The notes: generated by a model from the letters alone, not told the origin. Positions 28,051 through 39,718 are shown, counted from the stretch's first letter. The stretch: DNA of 64,000 nucleotides from an uncultured Flavobacteriaceae bacterium (GCA_964579505.1 CAZOGC010000015.1:1603-65602), one strand, 5' to 3'. Numbers and translations are program-made.

Positions 28051-29121
28051 ATGAAACTCAATATACTCAGAAAAAAAGAAGAGCTAGATAATATAAACCA
28101 AGCTCCAGGTAAAATGGTTTACGTGGGCGAAAAAAAGAAACGGGTTACCACCTATGATGTAATAAACTATAATGTTGATATCCAAAGTAGACACAAGACA
28201 GTAGATTTGGCTGAGCTATTGGCTCATTGGCAAGCGGATAAAATTACGTGGATTAATGTAAATGGGTTGAGTGATTCTAAGGCTATAGAAACGTTAGGTC
28301 ATCATTTTGAGCTTCATGCCTTGGTGTTAGAAGATATAATGAATACCGAGCAACGCCCCAAGGTAGAAGAGTATGATCAGTATCTATTTTTAGTAATGAA
28401 GATGCTATACATGCAAGATGGAGAATATACAAACGAGCACATTAGTATGGTGGTAGGGGCAGATTATGTACTCACTTTTCAAGAATCTGAAAATGATGTG
28501 TTTGATAAATTGCGAGAGCGTATTAAAAGTGGATTAGGGCTGGTACGTACAGCCAAATCAGACTATTTGATGTATGCTATGATGGATGCTATTGTTGACA
28601 ACTATTTTGCGGTTATTGAAACCTTAGGTATTCGTATTCAACAGTTAGAAAATTCTATTTTTGTAGGGAAAGCCGATGATGCTATTGTATTAGACATACA
28701 ACGTTTGCGCCCTGAAATTATTCAAATTAGACGGGCGGTTTACCCACTTAAAGATATGGCTGGTTATTTAGAAAAAAGTCGGCATAAACTCATTACCACA
28801 AAAACCTATAATTACCTAAGAGATTTACACGACCATAGTATTCAGGTGTCTGAAGATGTAGAAATTTATCGAGAAATGACGGCAAGTTTAATGGGGATGT
28901 ACAATTCTACCCAAAGCAATAAAATGAATGAAGTAATGAAGGTACTAACCATTATGGCAAGTATTTTCATTCCGCTGACCTTTATTACTGGGATTTATGG
29001 AATGAATTTTGAAAACATGCCCGAACTCGCTACAAAATATGGCTATTTTGTGGTGCTGTGTGTTATGATACTCATTATTTTACTGATGTTGTGGTATTTT
29101 AAACGAAAGAAATGGTTATAG
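28051..29121 (+). CDS. corA: Magnesium/cobalt transporter CorA
   Basis: YGMNF signature (GIYGMNFENMP) between two C-terminal TM helices. Start set at ATG 28051. Confidence 0.85.
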   Translation: MKLNILRKKEELDNINQAPGKMVYVGEKKKRVTTYDVINYNVDIQSRHKTVDLAELLAHWQADKITWINVNGLSDSKAIETLGHHFELHALVLEDIMNTEQRPKVEEYDQYLFLVMKMLYMQDGEYTNEHISMVVGADYVLTFQESENDVFDKLRERIKSGLGLVRTAKSDYLMYAMMDAIVDNYFAVIETLGIRIQQLENSIFVGKADDAIVLDIQRLRPEIIQIRRAVYPLKDMAGYLEKSRHKLITTKTYNYLRDLHDHSIQVSEDVEIYREMTASLMGMYNSTQSNKMNEVMKVLTIMASIFIPLTFITGIYGMNFENMPELATKYGYFVVLCVMILIILLMLWYFKRKKWL

Positions 29122-29200
29122 ACTTCTGCCAAAAAATCAATTTAATTTTAGCGAGACGATATTATTTATTTTGCCTTATTTTCGCTAAAAATTGCTGTTT

Positions 29201-30175
29201 ATGAAATCGGTTGCCTTTTATCGGGAAGAATTCGTTACCTACCTTCAAGAAAAAATTACAAGTAGAGAGCCCCGAAACCTATATGACCCGATGGTTTATA
29301 TTCTTAACATTGGCGGAAAACGACTGCGACCGGTATCGGTGCTTATGACGGCCGAACTGTTTGGCTGTCCCTATCAAAAAGCATTAGATGCAGCCTTGGC
29401 TATAGAAATTTTTCACAATTTTTCACTCGTTCACGATGATATTATGGATCACGCTCCGGTGCGTAGAGGCAAACCCAGTGTGCATAAAACCTGGGATGTC
29501 AATACCGCCATTTTATCGGGAGATGCAATGCTGATTAATGCGTATCAGCTGTTTGAAAATTACGAGAACGAAACCTTTAAAGACCTAGCAAAACTGTTTA
29601 CGAAAACGGCTATGAAGGTTTGTGAAGGCCAGCAATATGATGTTGATTTTGAATCAATTAATAATGTTGATATAAATGATTATCTGAAAATGATAGAATA
29701 CAAGACGGCAGTCTTGGTAGGAGCGGCTATGGAAATGGGAGCTATTGTGGCTCAAGCTTCAAATCAACAAAAAAAACAAATCTATAAATACGGGTTGTTG
29801 TTGGGACTAGCTTTTCAATTAAAAGATGATTATTTAGATGTTTTTGGTAATTATGAATCTTTTGGAAAGCAAATAGGGGGAGATATTATTGAAAACAAAA
29901 AGACTTATTTATATTTAAAAGCTGTAGAAACTGCCTTGCCCAATCAAGAAGAACAATTGAAACAATGGTATGCAACAACTCCTAAAGACCCTACTGAAAA
30001 AATAAATGCAGTAACACAGATTTATAGTGATTTGAGAATAGGCGAACAAACCTTGCAACAAATAAAAAAATATACAGAAGAAGCCTTTCAACTGCTAGAA
30101 AACATGACGGTAGAAGCGTACAAAAAAGATGTTTTTAAAGAATTTGGTGAACGCTTAATGAAGCGAAAAGCATAG
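29201..30175 (+). CDS. Polyprenyl diphosphate synthase (trans-isoprenyl diphosphate synthase family)
   Basis: First Asp-rich motif LVHDDIMD and second motif QLKDDYLD. Start set at ATG 29201. Confidence 0.85.
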   Translation: MKSVAFYREEFVTYLQEKITSREPRNLYDPMVYILNIGGKRLRPVSVLMTAELFGCPYQKALDAALAIEIFHNFSLVHDDIMDHAPVRRGKPSVHKTWDVNTAILSGDAMLINAYQLFENYENETFKDLAKLFTKTAMKVCEGQQYDVDFESINNVDINDYLKMIEYKTAVLVGAAMEMGAIVAQASNQQKKQIYKYGLLLGLAFQLKDDYLDVFGNYESFGKQIGGDIIENKKTYLYLKAVETALPNQEEQLKQWYATTPKDPTEKINAVTQIYSDLRIGEQTLQQIKKYTEEAFQLLENMTVEAYKKDVFKEFGERLMKRKA

Positions 30176-30211
30176 CTTGTAATAGAACGTGTACAAAACC
30201 GGCAAAAAGGT

Positions 30212-30219
30212 TATTTTTG
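30212..30219 (+). promoter_or_regulatory. Candidate -7 box TATTTTTG for der
   Basis: TAnnTTTG, 19 nt upstream of ATG 30239. Confidence 0.45.
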
Positions 30220-30238
30220 CCACCTTAAAAAGAACAGC

Positions 30239-31543
30239 ATGGGTAATATTGTGGCAATTGTAGGAAGACCGAATGTGGGAAAATCAACCTTTTTTAACCG
30301 GTTAATAGAACGACGCGAAGCTATAGTAGATGCAGTAAGTGGGGTTACCCGAGACCGGCATTATGGCAAATCAGATTGGAATGGTCACGATTTTTCGGTT
30401 ATAGATACCGGTGGGTATGTAGTGGGGAGCGAAGATGTTTTTGAAGCAGAAATAGACAAACAGGTGCAGCTAGCCATAGAAGAAGCCGATGTCATTATTT
30501 TTATAGTTGATGCACACACCGGCATTACTCCAATGGATGAAGAGGTTGCCCATATTCTGCAACGTGTAAAGAAACCCATATTTTTAGCCGTAAACAAAGT
30601 AGACAATCCTAAATTACGAAATGAAGCCGTAGAATTTTACGGCTTGGGGTTAGGAGATTATTACCCTATTGCCAGCGCCAGTGGTAGTGGTACCGGAGAT
30701 TTATTAGATGCCGTTACGGCTGCTTTTCCTGAAAAAAGCAATATTCTAGAAGAAGAATTACCTAGATTTGCGGTGGTAGGGAGACCCAATGCCGGAAAGT
30801 CTTCATTCATCAATACGTTAATAGGTGAAGACCGCTATATTGTTACAGACATTGCCGGTACAACTAGAGATTCTATAGACACAACCTATAATCGATTTGG
30901 ATTTGAATTTAAATTGGTAGACACAGCCGGGATAAGACGAAAATCTAAGGTAAAAGAAGATTTAGAGTTTTATTCGGTAATGCGGAGTGTACGGGCTATA
31001 GAAAATGCCGATGTGTGTTTATTAGTGGTAGATGCAACCCGTGGCTTTGATAAGCAAGTGCAGAATATTTTTTGGTTGGCGCAACGTAACCGTAAAGGAA
31101 TAGTGCTACTGATTAATAAATGGGATTTGGTTGAAAAAGAAACCAACACCTTGAAAAAATATAAAGAAGAAATTTTGGCAGAGATAGAACCCTTTGTAGA
31201 TGTTCCGATGGTGTTTATCTCTGTAAAAGAAAAACAACGCATCTTTAAAGCCATGGAAGTGGCACTTGAGGTATATAAAAATAGATCACAAAAAATAAAG
31301 ACACGTCAATTAAATGATGTGTTATTACCAATCATTCAAAAAAATCCACCGCCGGCGTATAAAGGAAAATATGTCAAAATAAAATTTATTACTCAACTGC
31401 CTACTCCTCAGCCACAATTTGCGTTTTTCTGTAATCTTCCTCAATATGTTAAAAAACCATATATGCGGTTTTTAGAAAATCAGCTTCGTAAACACTTCAA
31501 TTTAAGCGGAGTACCGGTATCTGTGTATATGCGAAAAAAATAA
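30239..31543 (+). CDS. der: Ribosome-associated GTPase Der (EngA)
   Basis: Two tandem G domains (GRPNVGKST and GRPNAGKSS) plus a KH-like C-terminus. Confidence 0.9.
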   Translation: MGNIVAIVGRPNVGKSTFFNRLIERREAIVDAVSGVTRDRHYGKSDWNGHDFSVIDTGGYVVGSEDVFEAEIDKQVQLAIEEADVIIFIVDAHTGITPMDEEVAHILQRVKKPIFLAVNKVDNPKLRNEAVEFYGLGLGDYYPIASASGSGTGDLLDAVTAAFPEKSNILEEELPRFAVVGRPNAGKSSFINTLIGEDRYIVTDIAGTTRDSIDTTYNRFGFEFKLVDTAGIRRKSKVKEDLEFYSVMRSVRAIENADVCLLVVDATRGFDKQVQNIFWLAQRNRKGIVLLINKWDLVEKETNTLKKYKEEILAEIEPFVDVPMVFISVKEKQRIFKAMEVALEVYKNRSQKIKTRQLNDVLLPIIQKNPPPAYKGKYVKIKFITQLPTPQPQFAFFCNLPQYVKKPYMRFLENQLRKHFNLSGVPVSVYMRKK

Positions 31544-31727
31544 ATATAATTATTTTCAATTTTTTAACATTTAAATCTTAAAAATGGAAGTATAGGTGGA
31601 AATAAAAACGTTATTTCTAATGTATTTTTTTTCATTATTTTAAATTTAACAAAACTATAACCATAAAATCTGAAACGTTTTTCGATTTTTACATTCAGAT
31701 TATAAACAGATAGGTTAATTTATTGTA

Positions 31728-34526
31728 ATGAAAAACAGTCAAATCACTTCAAAAATAACTTTGGCGATTAGTTTTTTTGTGGCTTTTACCACAATTTCTT
31801 TCGGGCAGAGTTATAAAATTTCAGGGATTGTTAAGGATACTACTAACACCCCAATTAGCGATGCAACCGTATATGTTACTTCTGTTAAAGACAGTACGGT
31901 TATTAATTATTCCATCACCGAAAAGGATGGTAAATTTGTCATAGATGGCAACACTAATGCGCAAAAAATCAATTTTTATATATCTTTTCCGGGGTTTGCC
32001 CGTTATCGAAAAACCCTTACCTTAAAAGATGATGGCTCTACGTATAACTTGGGTAAAATAACCCTAAAAGAAATGACAGAAACCTTAGGGGTGGTGTCTA
32101 TTCAAGGAGTGGCACCCCCGGTAGTCTTAAAAAAAGACACCTTAGAGTTTAATGTAGATTCATATAAAACAAAGGCAGACGCTACCTTAGAAGATGTTTT
32201 TAAAAAACTACCAGGTGTAACCGTTGATAACGATGGAACCATTAAGGTGAATGGAAAAAGTATTACCAAAATAATGGTAAACGGAAAAGATTTCTTTGGA
32301 AGCGACCCCAAAATAGCGTCTAAAAACTTACCGAAAGATCTTATTGAAAAAATTCAGGTGGTAGATGCTAAATCGCGAGCACAAGAATTTACAGGAAGAG
32401 AAAGTGACTCTGATGATAAGATGATAAATTTGGTTGTTGAGAAAGAAAATAATAAAGGTCTTTTTGCAAGAATGTCTGCAGGCGTGGGAACAAACGACCG
32501 ATATTCTGTAAATGGCATTGCTAATTATTTTAAACAAGACATGCGGTTAAGTGCTTTAGGAAGTACAAACAACATAAACTCAGTTGGGTTTTCTTACGAT
32601 GAAGTATTTGATGCTATGGGGCGTGGAAATGCTCGCTCTTTGATGCGTGGAATGGGTGGAGGAGGAATCACCAAATCTATTCTTGGAGGACTAAATTTTG
32701 TAGACACTTGGGGAAAAATAACTAACTTTTCTGCCAATTATACATACAGACGTCCGAGTACCAGAACAGCTTCTAAGGTGCATACTGAAAATATATTGCC
32801 CGATAGACATTACTTTACCAATTCAAACAGCACTTCAAAAAATGTAAATAATAGCCATCAAGGCGATATTCGGGTCGAATACGAGCCTGATTCTATGACG
32901 CGTATTTCTATTCGCCCTCAGATATCAGCCAATAATGGCTTTTCTCGTAACGAATCTTTTACCGAATCTTTTGATGCAGATGGTTCTAAGATAAATAACT
33001 CTACTAGAGAAAGACACAATAAAGAAAATGGAGTAAATTTCTCTAACCGCGTAGATATTACCCGAAAATTTGGAACAAAAGGCGGGTATGTACAGTTAGA
33101 ATTTGATAATAGTAATAACCATCAAAATTCGTTACAAAACAATTATACCTCTAGAAATATATACGATACTATAGGTAACTTACAAGAAAATAAGATACAA
33201 GATCAACTTATTAAAGGCGATCAAAAAAGCGCTGAATACTCTTTAGAAGCAGAAGCACGTATTCCGGTATTTGGTAATTGGAAATTAGATTTAGAATATG
33301 AATATGAAAACAATAAAGAACACAATCAAAATTTATTCTATGAGCCGGGAACAAACCCCGACAGCTATGATGTATTAAATACTAGTTTAAGTAGCAATTT
33401 TACAACTAGAAGTATTACGCATAGACCTAGCGCCGGAATAGTTTATAGAGATGACAAATTTAGTTTTAACCTTTCCGGAGGATTTGAAAGTGTTCAGTTA
33501 AAAAATGACGAAGAGTTTTCTAACGCCCATTTTGACAATACCTATAATAACTTATTTACAAGACTAAGGATACGTTATCGTATAAAACGAGGACAGTCTT
33601 TGTCTATGTATTACAGACGTTCACGAGATATTCCTTCTGCTGATATGTTAATGCCGGTAACAGACAAAACAGATCCTTTATTTATTGTAACGGGTAATCC
33701 CGATTTGAAGCCTTCTCTCTCAAATAACTTTTCATTAAACTATTATAATTTTGATTTTAGATCACATTATGGAATGCGTTTTTTCTTAAGAGGAGATTTT
33801 ACTTCTGATGCTCCGGTATCAAAAACTACTACAGATGCCGAATTGGTACGTACTACCACCTATACAAATGTTGACGGGCAATATAATATAAGCTTTGGAG
33901 GGGGTATAGGTAAAATGTTTACTCTTCGAGACAATAGTACTATAAAACCACATATAAGTGCTCGTGCTAGTGTAAGTAAGAACATCGGTTTCTCTAATGG
34001 GATAAAATACCACGCTAATAATTTTACATTAGGTCCTAGAGTAAGTTTAGAATATAATATCCCGGATGTTATTAATATTGAACCTTCTTATAATATTGAT
34101 TATAATAAATCAAAATATAGTTTAGCCAGCCAACGCGACCGTAGCTATACCAACCACATTGCCTCGCTAGAGATTACATCATACTGGCCTAAAAATTTAA
34201 TTTTTGGAAATAACTTCTCCTATACACATATTGGAGAAACGGCTCCGGGTTTTGATAATGATTTCTTCTTGTGGAATATGAGCTTGGGTTATAAAGTTTG
34301 GGGTGGAGATGGAATCTTTAAGGTGAAAGTATATGATGTGCTAAATCAAAACGTGTCTACTACGCGTACCTTAGGGCAAGATTTTATTAGAGATACCCAA
34401 CAATTAGTATTGCAACGTTATATGATGTTTAGTTTTACCTACAAGTTCAGCAAATTTGGCGGTAAAAAGATGAATAGAAGAGGACGAGGCTTTAGACGTT
34501 ATGGCGGTGGCCACTGGAGAGGATAG
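31728..34526 (+). CDS. Outer-membrane beta-barrel protein with N-terminal CarbopepD_reg and plug-like region (TonB-dependent receptor-like)
   Basis: 932 aa. Signal peptide, then YKISGIVKDTTNTPISDATVYV (CarbopepD_reg). Long beta-rich region. Ends FSFTYKF followed by the Arg/Gly-rich tail GGKKMNRRGRGFRRYGGGHWRG. Confidence 0.7.
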   Translation: MKNSQITSKITLAISFFVAFTTISFGQSYKISGIVKDTTNTPISDATVYVTSVKDSTVINYSITEKDGKFVIDGNTNAQKINFYISFPGFARYRKTLTLKDDGSTYNLGKITLKEMTETLGVVSIQGVAPPVVLKKDTLEFNVDSYKTKADATLEDVFKKLPGVTVDNDGTIKVNGKSITKIMVNGKDFFGSDPKIASKNLPKDLIEKIQVVDAKSRAQEFTGRESDSDDKMINLVVEKENNKGLFARMSAGVGTNDRYSVNGIANYFKQDMRLSALGSTNNINSVGFSYDEVFDAMGRGNARSLMRGMGGGGITKSILGGLNFVDTWGKITNFSANYTYRRPSTRTASKVHTENILPDRHYFTNSNSTSKNVNNSHQGDIRVEYEPDSMTRISIRPQISANNGFSRNESFTESFDADGSKINNSTRERHNKENGVNFSNRVDITRKFGTKGGYVQLEFDNSNNHQNSLQNNYTSRNIYDTIGNLQENKIQDQLIKGDQKSAEYSLEAEARIPVFGNWKLDLEYEYENNKEHNQNLFYEPGTNPDSYDVLNTSLSSNFTTRSITHRPSAGIVYRDDKFSFNLSGGFESVQLKNDEEFSNAHFDNTYNNLFTRLRIRYRIKRGQSLSMYYRRSRDIPSADMLMPVTDKTDPLFIVTGNPDLKPSLSNNFSLNYYNFDFRSHYGMRFFLRGDFTSDAPVSKTTTDAELVRTTTYTNVDGQYNISFGGGIGKMFTLRDNSTIKPHISARASVSKNIGFSNGIKYHANNFTLGPRVSLEYNIPDVINIEPSYNIDYNKSKYSLASQRDRSYTNHIASLEITSYWPKNLIFGNNFSYTHIGETAPGFDNDFFLWNMSLGYKVWGGDGIFKVKVYDVLNQNVSTTRTLGQDFIRDTQQLVLQRYMMFSFTYKFSKFGGKKMNRRGRGFRRYGGGHWRG

Positions 34527-34551
34527 ACTAAAAAATGATATTTTGTATTAT

Positions 34552-34590
34552 ACAGCCCTCGCAATTATCTTTGCGAGGGCTGTGTTTTCT
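34552..34590 (+). terminator. Intrinsic terminator
   Basis: 13-bp perfect stem ACAGCCCTCGCAA (34552..34564) / TTGCGAGGGCTGT (34571..34583), followed by GTTTTCT. Confidence 0.8.
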
Positions 34591-34674
34591 TAATAGGAGC
34601 GTAAATGTGCAAACTTTATTCACGTTTACGTAGATATTAGATTGAATAGAACTATATTTTTTCGACAAAAACCT

Positions 34675-34682
34675 TACCTTTG
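34675..34682 (+). promoter_or_regulatory. Candidate -7 box TACCTTTG for guaB
   Basis: TAnnTTTG, 23 nt upstream of ATG 34706. Confidence 0.5.
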
Positions 34683-34705
34683 TACGCAATTAAAATTTAA
34701 TTGCC

Positions 34706-36178
34706 ATGTTTTCAGAGTCACACAAAGTGCTGGGCGAAGGGTTAACATACGATGATGTTTTACTCGTTCCGGCTTATTCTGAAGTTCTTCCTAGACAGGT
34801 CCAACTCCAATCCAGATTTTCAAAAAATATACCTATTAATGTGCCTATTGTTTCGGCGGCTATGGATACTGTTACCGAATCAGAAATGGCCATTGCTATT
34901 GCGCGGGAAGGAGGAATAGGAGTACTGCACAAAAACATGACAATTGAGCAGCAGGCGTTGCAAGTACGTAAGGTAAAACGAGCAGAAAGCGGTATGATTA
35001 TCGATCCGATTACGCTTCCTGTTTCGGCTACGGTACGCGATGCCAAAAACGCAATGCGCGAAAACCATATTGGCGGTATTCCAATTGTAGATGATCAAAG
35101 AAATTTATTAGGCATTATTACAAACCGCGATCTTCGTTTTGAAAATGATGATAACCGCCCTGTTTCTGAGGTAATGACCAATAAAAACTTGGTTACCGTT
35201 TCAGAAGGTACCTCTTTAAAAGAAGCCGAATCAATTTTACAGAAACACAAAATTGAGAAACTTCCGGTGGTTGATAAAAATGACAAACTCTGTGGGCTAA
35301 TTACTTTTAGAGATATTACCAAACTCACCCAAAAACCCATGGCTAATAAAGATGGCTATGGTCGTTTAAGAGTTGCCGCCGCTATTGGAGTAACGGCAGA
35401 TGCTTTGCAACGAGCAGAAGCATTAGTTAAAGCCAATGTAGATGCTTTAATTATTGATACCGCTCATGGGCACTCAAAAGGTGTAGTGGGTGTATTAAAA
35501 GACATAAAAAATAATTTTCCGGATATAGATGTAGTGGTAGGGAACATTGCAACTGCAGATGCGGCAAAATATTTAGTAGAAGCGGGAGCAGACGCCGTAA
35601 AAGTAGGTATTGGTCCCGGTTCAATCTGTACCACTCGTGTAGTAGCCGGGGTTGGTTATCCTCAATTTTCGGCAGTGTTAGAAGTAGCTAAAGCCTTAAA
35701 AGGCTCCGGTATTCCGGTAATTGCTGATGGCGGTATTCGTTATACAGGTGATATACCTAAGGCACTAGCCGCCGGAGCAGATACAGTAATGTTGGGTTCG
35801 TTGTTAGCCGGTACAGAAGAAGCTCCCGGTGAAACGGTAATATACGAAGGGCGTAAGTACAAAACATACCGTGGAATGGGTTCTGTAGAAGCCATGCAAC
35901 AAGGTTCTAAAGACCGCTATTTTCAAGATATGGAAGCAGAAATTAAAAAACTGGTTCCGGAAGGAATTGTGGGACGTCTGCCTTACAAAGGAGAATTAGT
36001 AGAGAGTATGCATCAATTTATTGGTGGTTTGCGTGCCGGAATGGGTTATTGCGGAGCCAAAGACGTACCGACACTTCAAGAAAAAGCTCAGTTTGTACGT
36101 ATTACGGCGTCGGGTATTAAGGAGAGCCATCCGCACGATGTAACCATTACCAAAGAGGCTCCTAACTATTCTCGTTAG
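34706..36178 (+). CDS. guaB: IMP dehydrogenase
   Basis: Catalytic loop [11 protein letters not shown], tandem CBS insert, 490 aa. Confidence 0.95.
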   Translation: MFSESHKVLGEGLTYDDVLLVPAYSEVLPRQVQLQSRFSKNIPINVPIVSAAMDTVTESEMAIAIAREGGIGVLHKNMTIEQQALQVRKVKRAESGMIIDPITLPVSATVRDAKNAMRENHIGGIPIVDDQRNLLGIITNRDLRFENDDNRPVSEVMTNKNLVTVSEGTSLKEAESILQKHKIEKLPVVDKNDKLCGLITFRDITKLTQKPMANKDGYGRLRVAAAIGVTADALQRAEALVKANVDALIIDTAHGHSKGVVGVLKDIKNNFPDIDVVVGNIATADAAKYLVEAGADAVKVGIGPGSICTTRVVAGVGYPQFSAVLEVAKALKGSGIPVIADGGIRYTGDIPKALAAGADTVMLGSLLAGTEEAPGETVIYEGRKYKTYRGMGSVEAMQQGSKDRYFQDMEAEIKKLVPEGIVGRLPYKGELVESMHQFIGGLRAGMGYCGAKDVPTLQEKAQFVRITASGIKESHPHDVTITKEAPNYSR

Positions 36179-36206
36179 TAACAATCGTTAAAGATTTGTA
36201 TTCATT

Positions 36207-36842
36207 TTGAAAGAAATTTTAAAATACTTTCCAGAGTTAACAGAGGAACAAAGCGCACATTTTGCACAACTAAATGATTTATATCAAGACTGGAACCTAA
36301 AGATTAATGTGGTTTCTAGAAAGGATATAGATGAGTTATACCTTCGGCATGTGTTGCATTCTCTAGGAATAGCTAAGATTCAAACTTTTCAAGCGGGCGC
36401 TAAGATTTTAGATGTGGGTACCGGAGGTGGATTTCCCGGTATTCCGCTTGCTATTCTTTTTCCTGATGTCGAATTTCATTTGGTTGACAGTATCGGTAAA
36501 AAAATAAAAGTGGTAGAGGAGGTAGTTAACGGGTTGGGGTTAAAAAATGTGACCCCTTTTAATTGCCGTGTTGAAGAGCTGAACAAGCAAAGCGAATATG
36601 ACTTTATTGTAAGTCGTGCAGTGGCTAGAATGGATTCTTTTGTGCATTGGGTGAAAGGAAAAATTGCCAAAAAGAATAATCACGCCCTAAAAAATGGCAT
36701 TTTATACCTAAAAGGAGGCGACTTAACCGATGAATTAGCCGTGTATAAAAATGCGGTCATTTATCCTTTAAGTGCGTATTTTGAAGAAGCCTTTTTTGAA
36801 ACTAAATCAGTGGTATATCTTCCTCAAAAATATAAAGGATAA
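36207..36842 (+). CDS. rsmG: 16S rRNA (guanine527-N7)-methyltransferase
   Basis: AdoMet motif LDVGTGGGFPGIPLAI and GidB-like length. The track start is a TTG. Confidence 0.8.
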   Translation: MKEILKYFPELTEEQSAHFAQLNDLYQDWNLKINVVSRKDIDELYLRHVLHSLGIAKIQTFQAGAKILDVGTGGGFPGIPLAILFPDVEFHLVDSIGKKIKVVEEVVNGLGLKNVTPFNCRVEELNKQSEYDFIVSRAVARMDSFVHWVKGKIAKKNNHALKNGILYLKGGDLTDELAVYKNAVIYPLSAYFEEAFFETKSVVYLPQKYKG

Positions 36843-36912
36843 AGCTGTTAAACCCATATTAAACTAGCAGAAAATTTACCTAAAAATGCCGACCTTACCA
36901 TAAAAAGAAGCA

Positions 36913-37821
36913 ATGAGGCTACTCATAACCGGCGCTACCGGGTTAGTAGGGAGAAATTTGTGTGCACTATGTCAATCTAAGGGACACGAGGTGTATTATT
37001 TAACCACACGTAAAGAAAAAATAGAAGTACGTGCAGGTTATCACGGCTTTTTATGGAATCCGGCGAAGGGTGAAATAGATAAAAACTGTTTGCGTGGAGT
37101 TGACAAGATTATACACTTGGCCGGTGCCAGTGTGGCTAAGCGGTGGACGCCTAAATACCGTAAAACCATTAAGTCGAGTAGAATAGATTCGGCTGCATGC
37201 CTATATAGGTTATTAGGGCAAATGCCACACCAAATTACACAGTTTATTTCAGCCAGCGCTATAGGCATCTACCCATCTTCTCTTTCTCATTTATATGATG
37301 AAAGTGCCCCGGAAAAGGCTACCGACTATTTGGGAGAAGTGGTGCAAGCTTGGGAGGCTGCAGCAGATCAATTTAAAAATTTATCAATTAAAGTAACAAA
37401 AGTACGTATAGGGTTGGTTTTAGCGGCTGATGGCGGGATGTTCCCAACACTTAAAAGAACAACTCAATATGGTTTAGGAGCTACTTTGGGTAGCGGTAAC
37501 CAATGGAATTCGTGGATTCATATTGAAGATTTGGTGCGCTTATTCTTAGAAGTAGCTGAGCAGGGCGAAGAAGACGTTTTTAATGCAGTGGCTCCTAATC
37601 CGGTAAGGCAAATAAAAATAGTAAAGACGATAGCAAAACAAGTACATCGCCCGCTTTGGTTGCCGGCTATACCGAGTTGGGTCTTAAAAACAGCATTGGG
37701 TGAGATGGCTACTATGGTTTTGGGTAGTCAACGAGTAGTAAATAGAAGGAATAGCTTGGGCTTTTCTTTTCAATTTAATAATATAGATCAGGCTGTTGCC
37801 GATTTGTTGAGAAAGTACTAG
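36913..37821 (+). CDS. TIGR01777/YfcH-type NAD-dependent epimerase-family protein (DUF1731 C-terminus)
   Basis: LITGATGLVG Rossmann motif and YfcH-like length and C-terminus. Confidence 0.75.
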   Translation: MRLLITGATGLVGRNLCALCQSKGHEVYYLTTRKEKIEVRAGYHGFLWNPAKGEIDKNCLRGVDKIIHLAGASVAKRWTPKYRKTIKSSRIDSAACLYRLLGQMPHQITQFISASAIGIYPSSLSHLYDESAPEKATDYLGEVVQAWEAAADQFKNLSIKVTKVRIGLVLAADGGMFPTLKRTTQYGLGATLGSGNQWNSWIHIEDLVRLFLEVAEQGEEDVFNAVAPNPVRQIKIVKTIAKQVHRPLWLPAIPSWVLKTALGEMATMVLGSQRVVNRRNSLGFSFQFNNIDQAVADLLRKY

Positions 37822-37823
37822 TC

Positions 37824-39605
37824 TTAATATTCTTTGTAGATAGAATCGTATAAATCGCGATACTTTTCAATAACTTGCTTTCGGCGTACTTTTAAGGTTG
37901 GGGTAAGTTCTCCTCCTTCAATACTCCATTCTTGTGGGGTTAGCTTAAAAGCTTTGATTTGTTCCCAATGGCCAAATTGACCATTAATTTTATCGATTTC
38001 ACGTTGAATTCGAGCAATGATACGTTCGTTGTTAACAATGGTTTTTAAACTTTTTTCCTTTAGTGGGAAACCTTTGTGTGCCGCCCAAGATTCTATATGT
38101 GAAAGATTGGGCTGAATAAGTGCTGCAGGCATTTTTTCTCCTTCTCCAATAACGATTATATGTTCTATAAAAGGTGATTCTTTTAAGGCGTTTTCCAGTT
38201 TTTGTGGAGTGATATACTTTCCGCCAGAAGTCTTGAATAATTGCTTTTTCCGATCGGTTATTTTTAAAAAACCATCTGCGTCAATTTCTCCAATATCACC
38301 GGTTTTAAAAAAACCATCAGCGGTCATAGCTGCTTTTGTTTTTTCTTCGTCTTTGTAATAGCCTTTCATAACGTTTGGACCCTTTACAAGAATTTCTCCA
38401 TCTTCAGCAATTTTAAGTACGACATTAGGAATAGGTTTGCCAACAGTTCCGATTTTAAAATCTTCTTTTCGAGTGGTGTTTACAGCCACCACCGGTGAGG
38501 TTTCGGTAAGGCCATAACCTTCAATAACAATCATTTGAGCGGCGGCATAAATGCGGGCGAGTTCGGGTGACAAAGCAGCGCTTCCCGAAACCATTAACTC
38601 AATATTTCCGCCCATTCCTTCTTTCCATTTAGAAAGTACAAGCTTACGGGCTATATTCAATTTAAAATTATAAGACCACGATTGTTTTTGAAAAGGTTCA
38701 TACTTTTTGGCCGTGTTTAAGGCCCAATGAAAAAGACCACTTTTAATACCGGTTAAAGCTCTTCCTTTTTCATAAAAAGCAGCAAAGGCTTTCTCCAATA
38801 CTCTGGGAACAACAGTGAGAAAAGTAGGTTGTACCTCTTTTAAGTTCTCACTTACAGCACTAATAGATTCTGCATAATAAATAGACACTGAAAAATATTG
38901 GTATAAGTAGATGAGCATGCGCTCAAAAACATGGCAGACGGGAAGTAAACTCAAAGCTTTTTGGGTGCCAATGCCAAAAGGCACGCGTCCCGAGCTATCT
39001 AACACATTTGAAGTAATGTTTTGGTGAGAAAGCATGACCCCTTTTGGAGTTCCGGTGGTTCCGGAGGTGTATATTAACGTTGCTAAATCTGAGGGTTGTA
39101 CATTGTTTTTTAATCGTTCTACTTCAGGCTGTAAACTTTCGTCTTCCCCTAGTTGTAATACTTTTTCCCAATTTTCACAGCCGTCTAAGTTAACAAAGCT
39201 AAACACTTCTTTTAGAGCGGTACCGCCTTTTGCTTGATTTACTTTGTCTAAGATTTCTTGATCAGAAACAAAGATATAGGTAGCTTCACTGTGGGTTAAG
39301 ATATAGTGATAACTTTCTACAGTAACGGTAGGGTAAATAGGTACATTTTGCGCTCCTATTTGTAAAATTCCGGTGTCTAAAATATTCCACTCACTACAAT
39401 TGGTATGTGTAATAACGGCAATCTTATCTTGAGGTTTTACACCTAGTTTGAGCAACCCTCGACTTATCTGATTGGCTTTGTTGAGGTATTCTTGAGTAGA
39501 GAGTGCTTCCCATTTTCCGTTTCTTTTAGTAGCCAAGGCATTCTCTAACGGATGGTTTTCCAGTTGATAATATGGAATGTCAAAAATTCGAGTAATACCG
39601 CTCAT
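37824..39605 (-). CDS. Long-chain fatty-acid--CoA ligase (AMP-binding family)
   Basis: AMP-binding motif YTSGTTGTPKG and GYGLTE. Start set at ATG 39605 (MSGITRIFD); the alternative is 39638. Confidence 0.85.
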   Translation of the reverse strand: MSGITRIFDIPYYQLENHPLENALATKRNGKWEALSTQEYLNKANQISRGLLKLGVKPQDKIAVITHTNCSEWNILDTGILQIGAQNVPIYPTVTVESYHYILTHSEATYIFVSDQEILDKVNQAKGGTALKEVFSFVNLDGCENWEKVLQLGEDESLQPEVERLKNNVQPSDLATLIYTSGTTGTPKGVMLSHQNITSNVLDSSGRVPFGIGTQKALSLLPVCHVFERMLIYLYQYFSVSIYYAESISAVSENLKEVQPTFLTVVPRVLEKAFAAFYEKGRALTGIKSGLFHWALNTAKKYEPFQKQSWSYNFKLNIARKLVLSKWKEGMGGNIELMVSGSAALSPELARIYAAAQMIVIEGYGLTETSPVVAVNTTRKEDFKIGTVGKPIPNVVLKIAEDGEILVKGPNVMKGYYKDEEKTKAAMTADGFFKTGDIGEIDADGFLKITDRKKQLFKTSGGKYITPQKLENALKESPFIEHIIVIGEGEKMPAALIQPNLSHIESWAAHKGFPLKEKSLKTIVNNERIIARIQREIDKINGQFGHWEQIKAFKLTPQEWSIEGGELTPTLKVRRKQVIEKYRDLYDSIYKEY

Positions 39606-39718
39606 AATGGGAAACTTAGTGCCATGCAAAGTACACATTTTTTTGGTGATAACATATTAAAATCACCTATCAGACTACTTAAAGATTAAGCAAGCTGTTT
39701 AAATGGTACGAGAACGGG

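Noticed and set aside
29139-29186. TTTAGCGA ... TCGCTAAA inverted repeat after corA
   Set aside because: The 8-bp arms are separated by a ~30-nt loop and there is no T-tract. It is unlikely to be a functional terminator.
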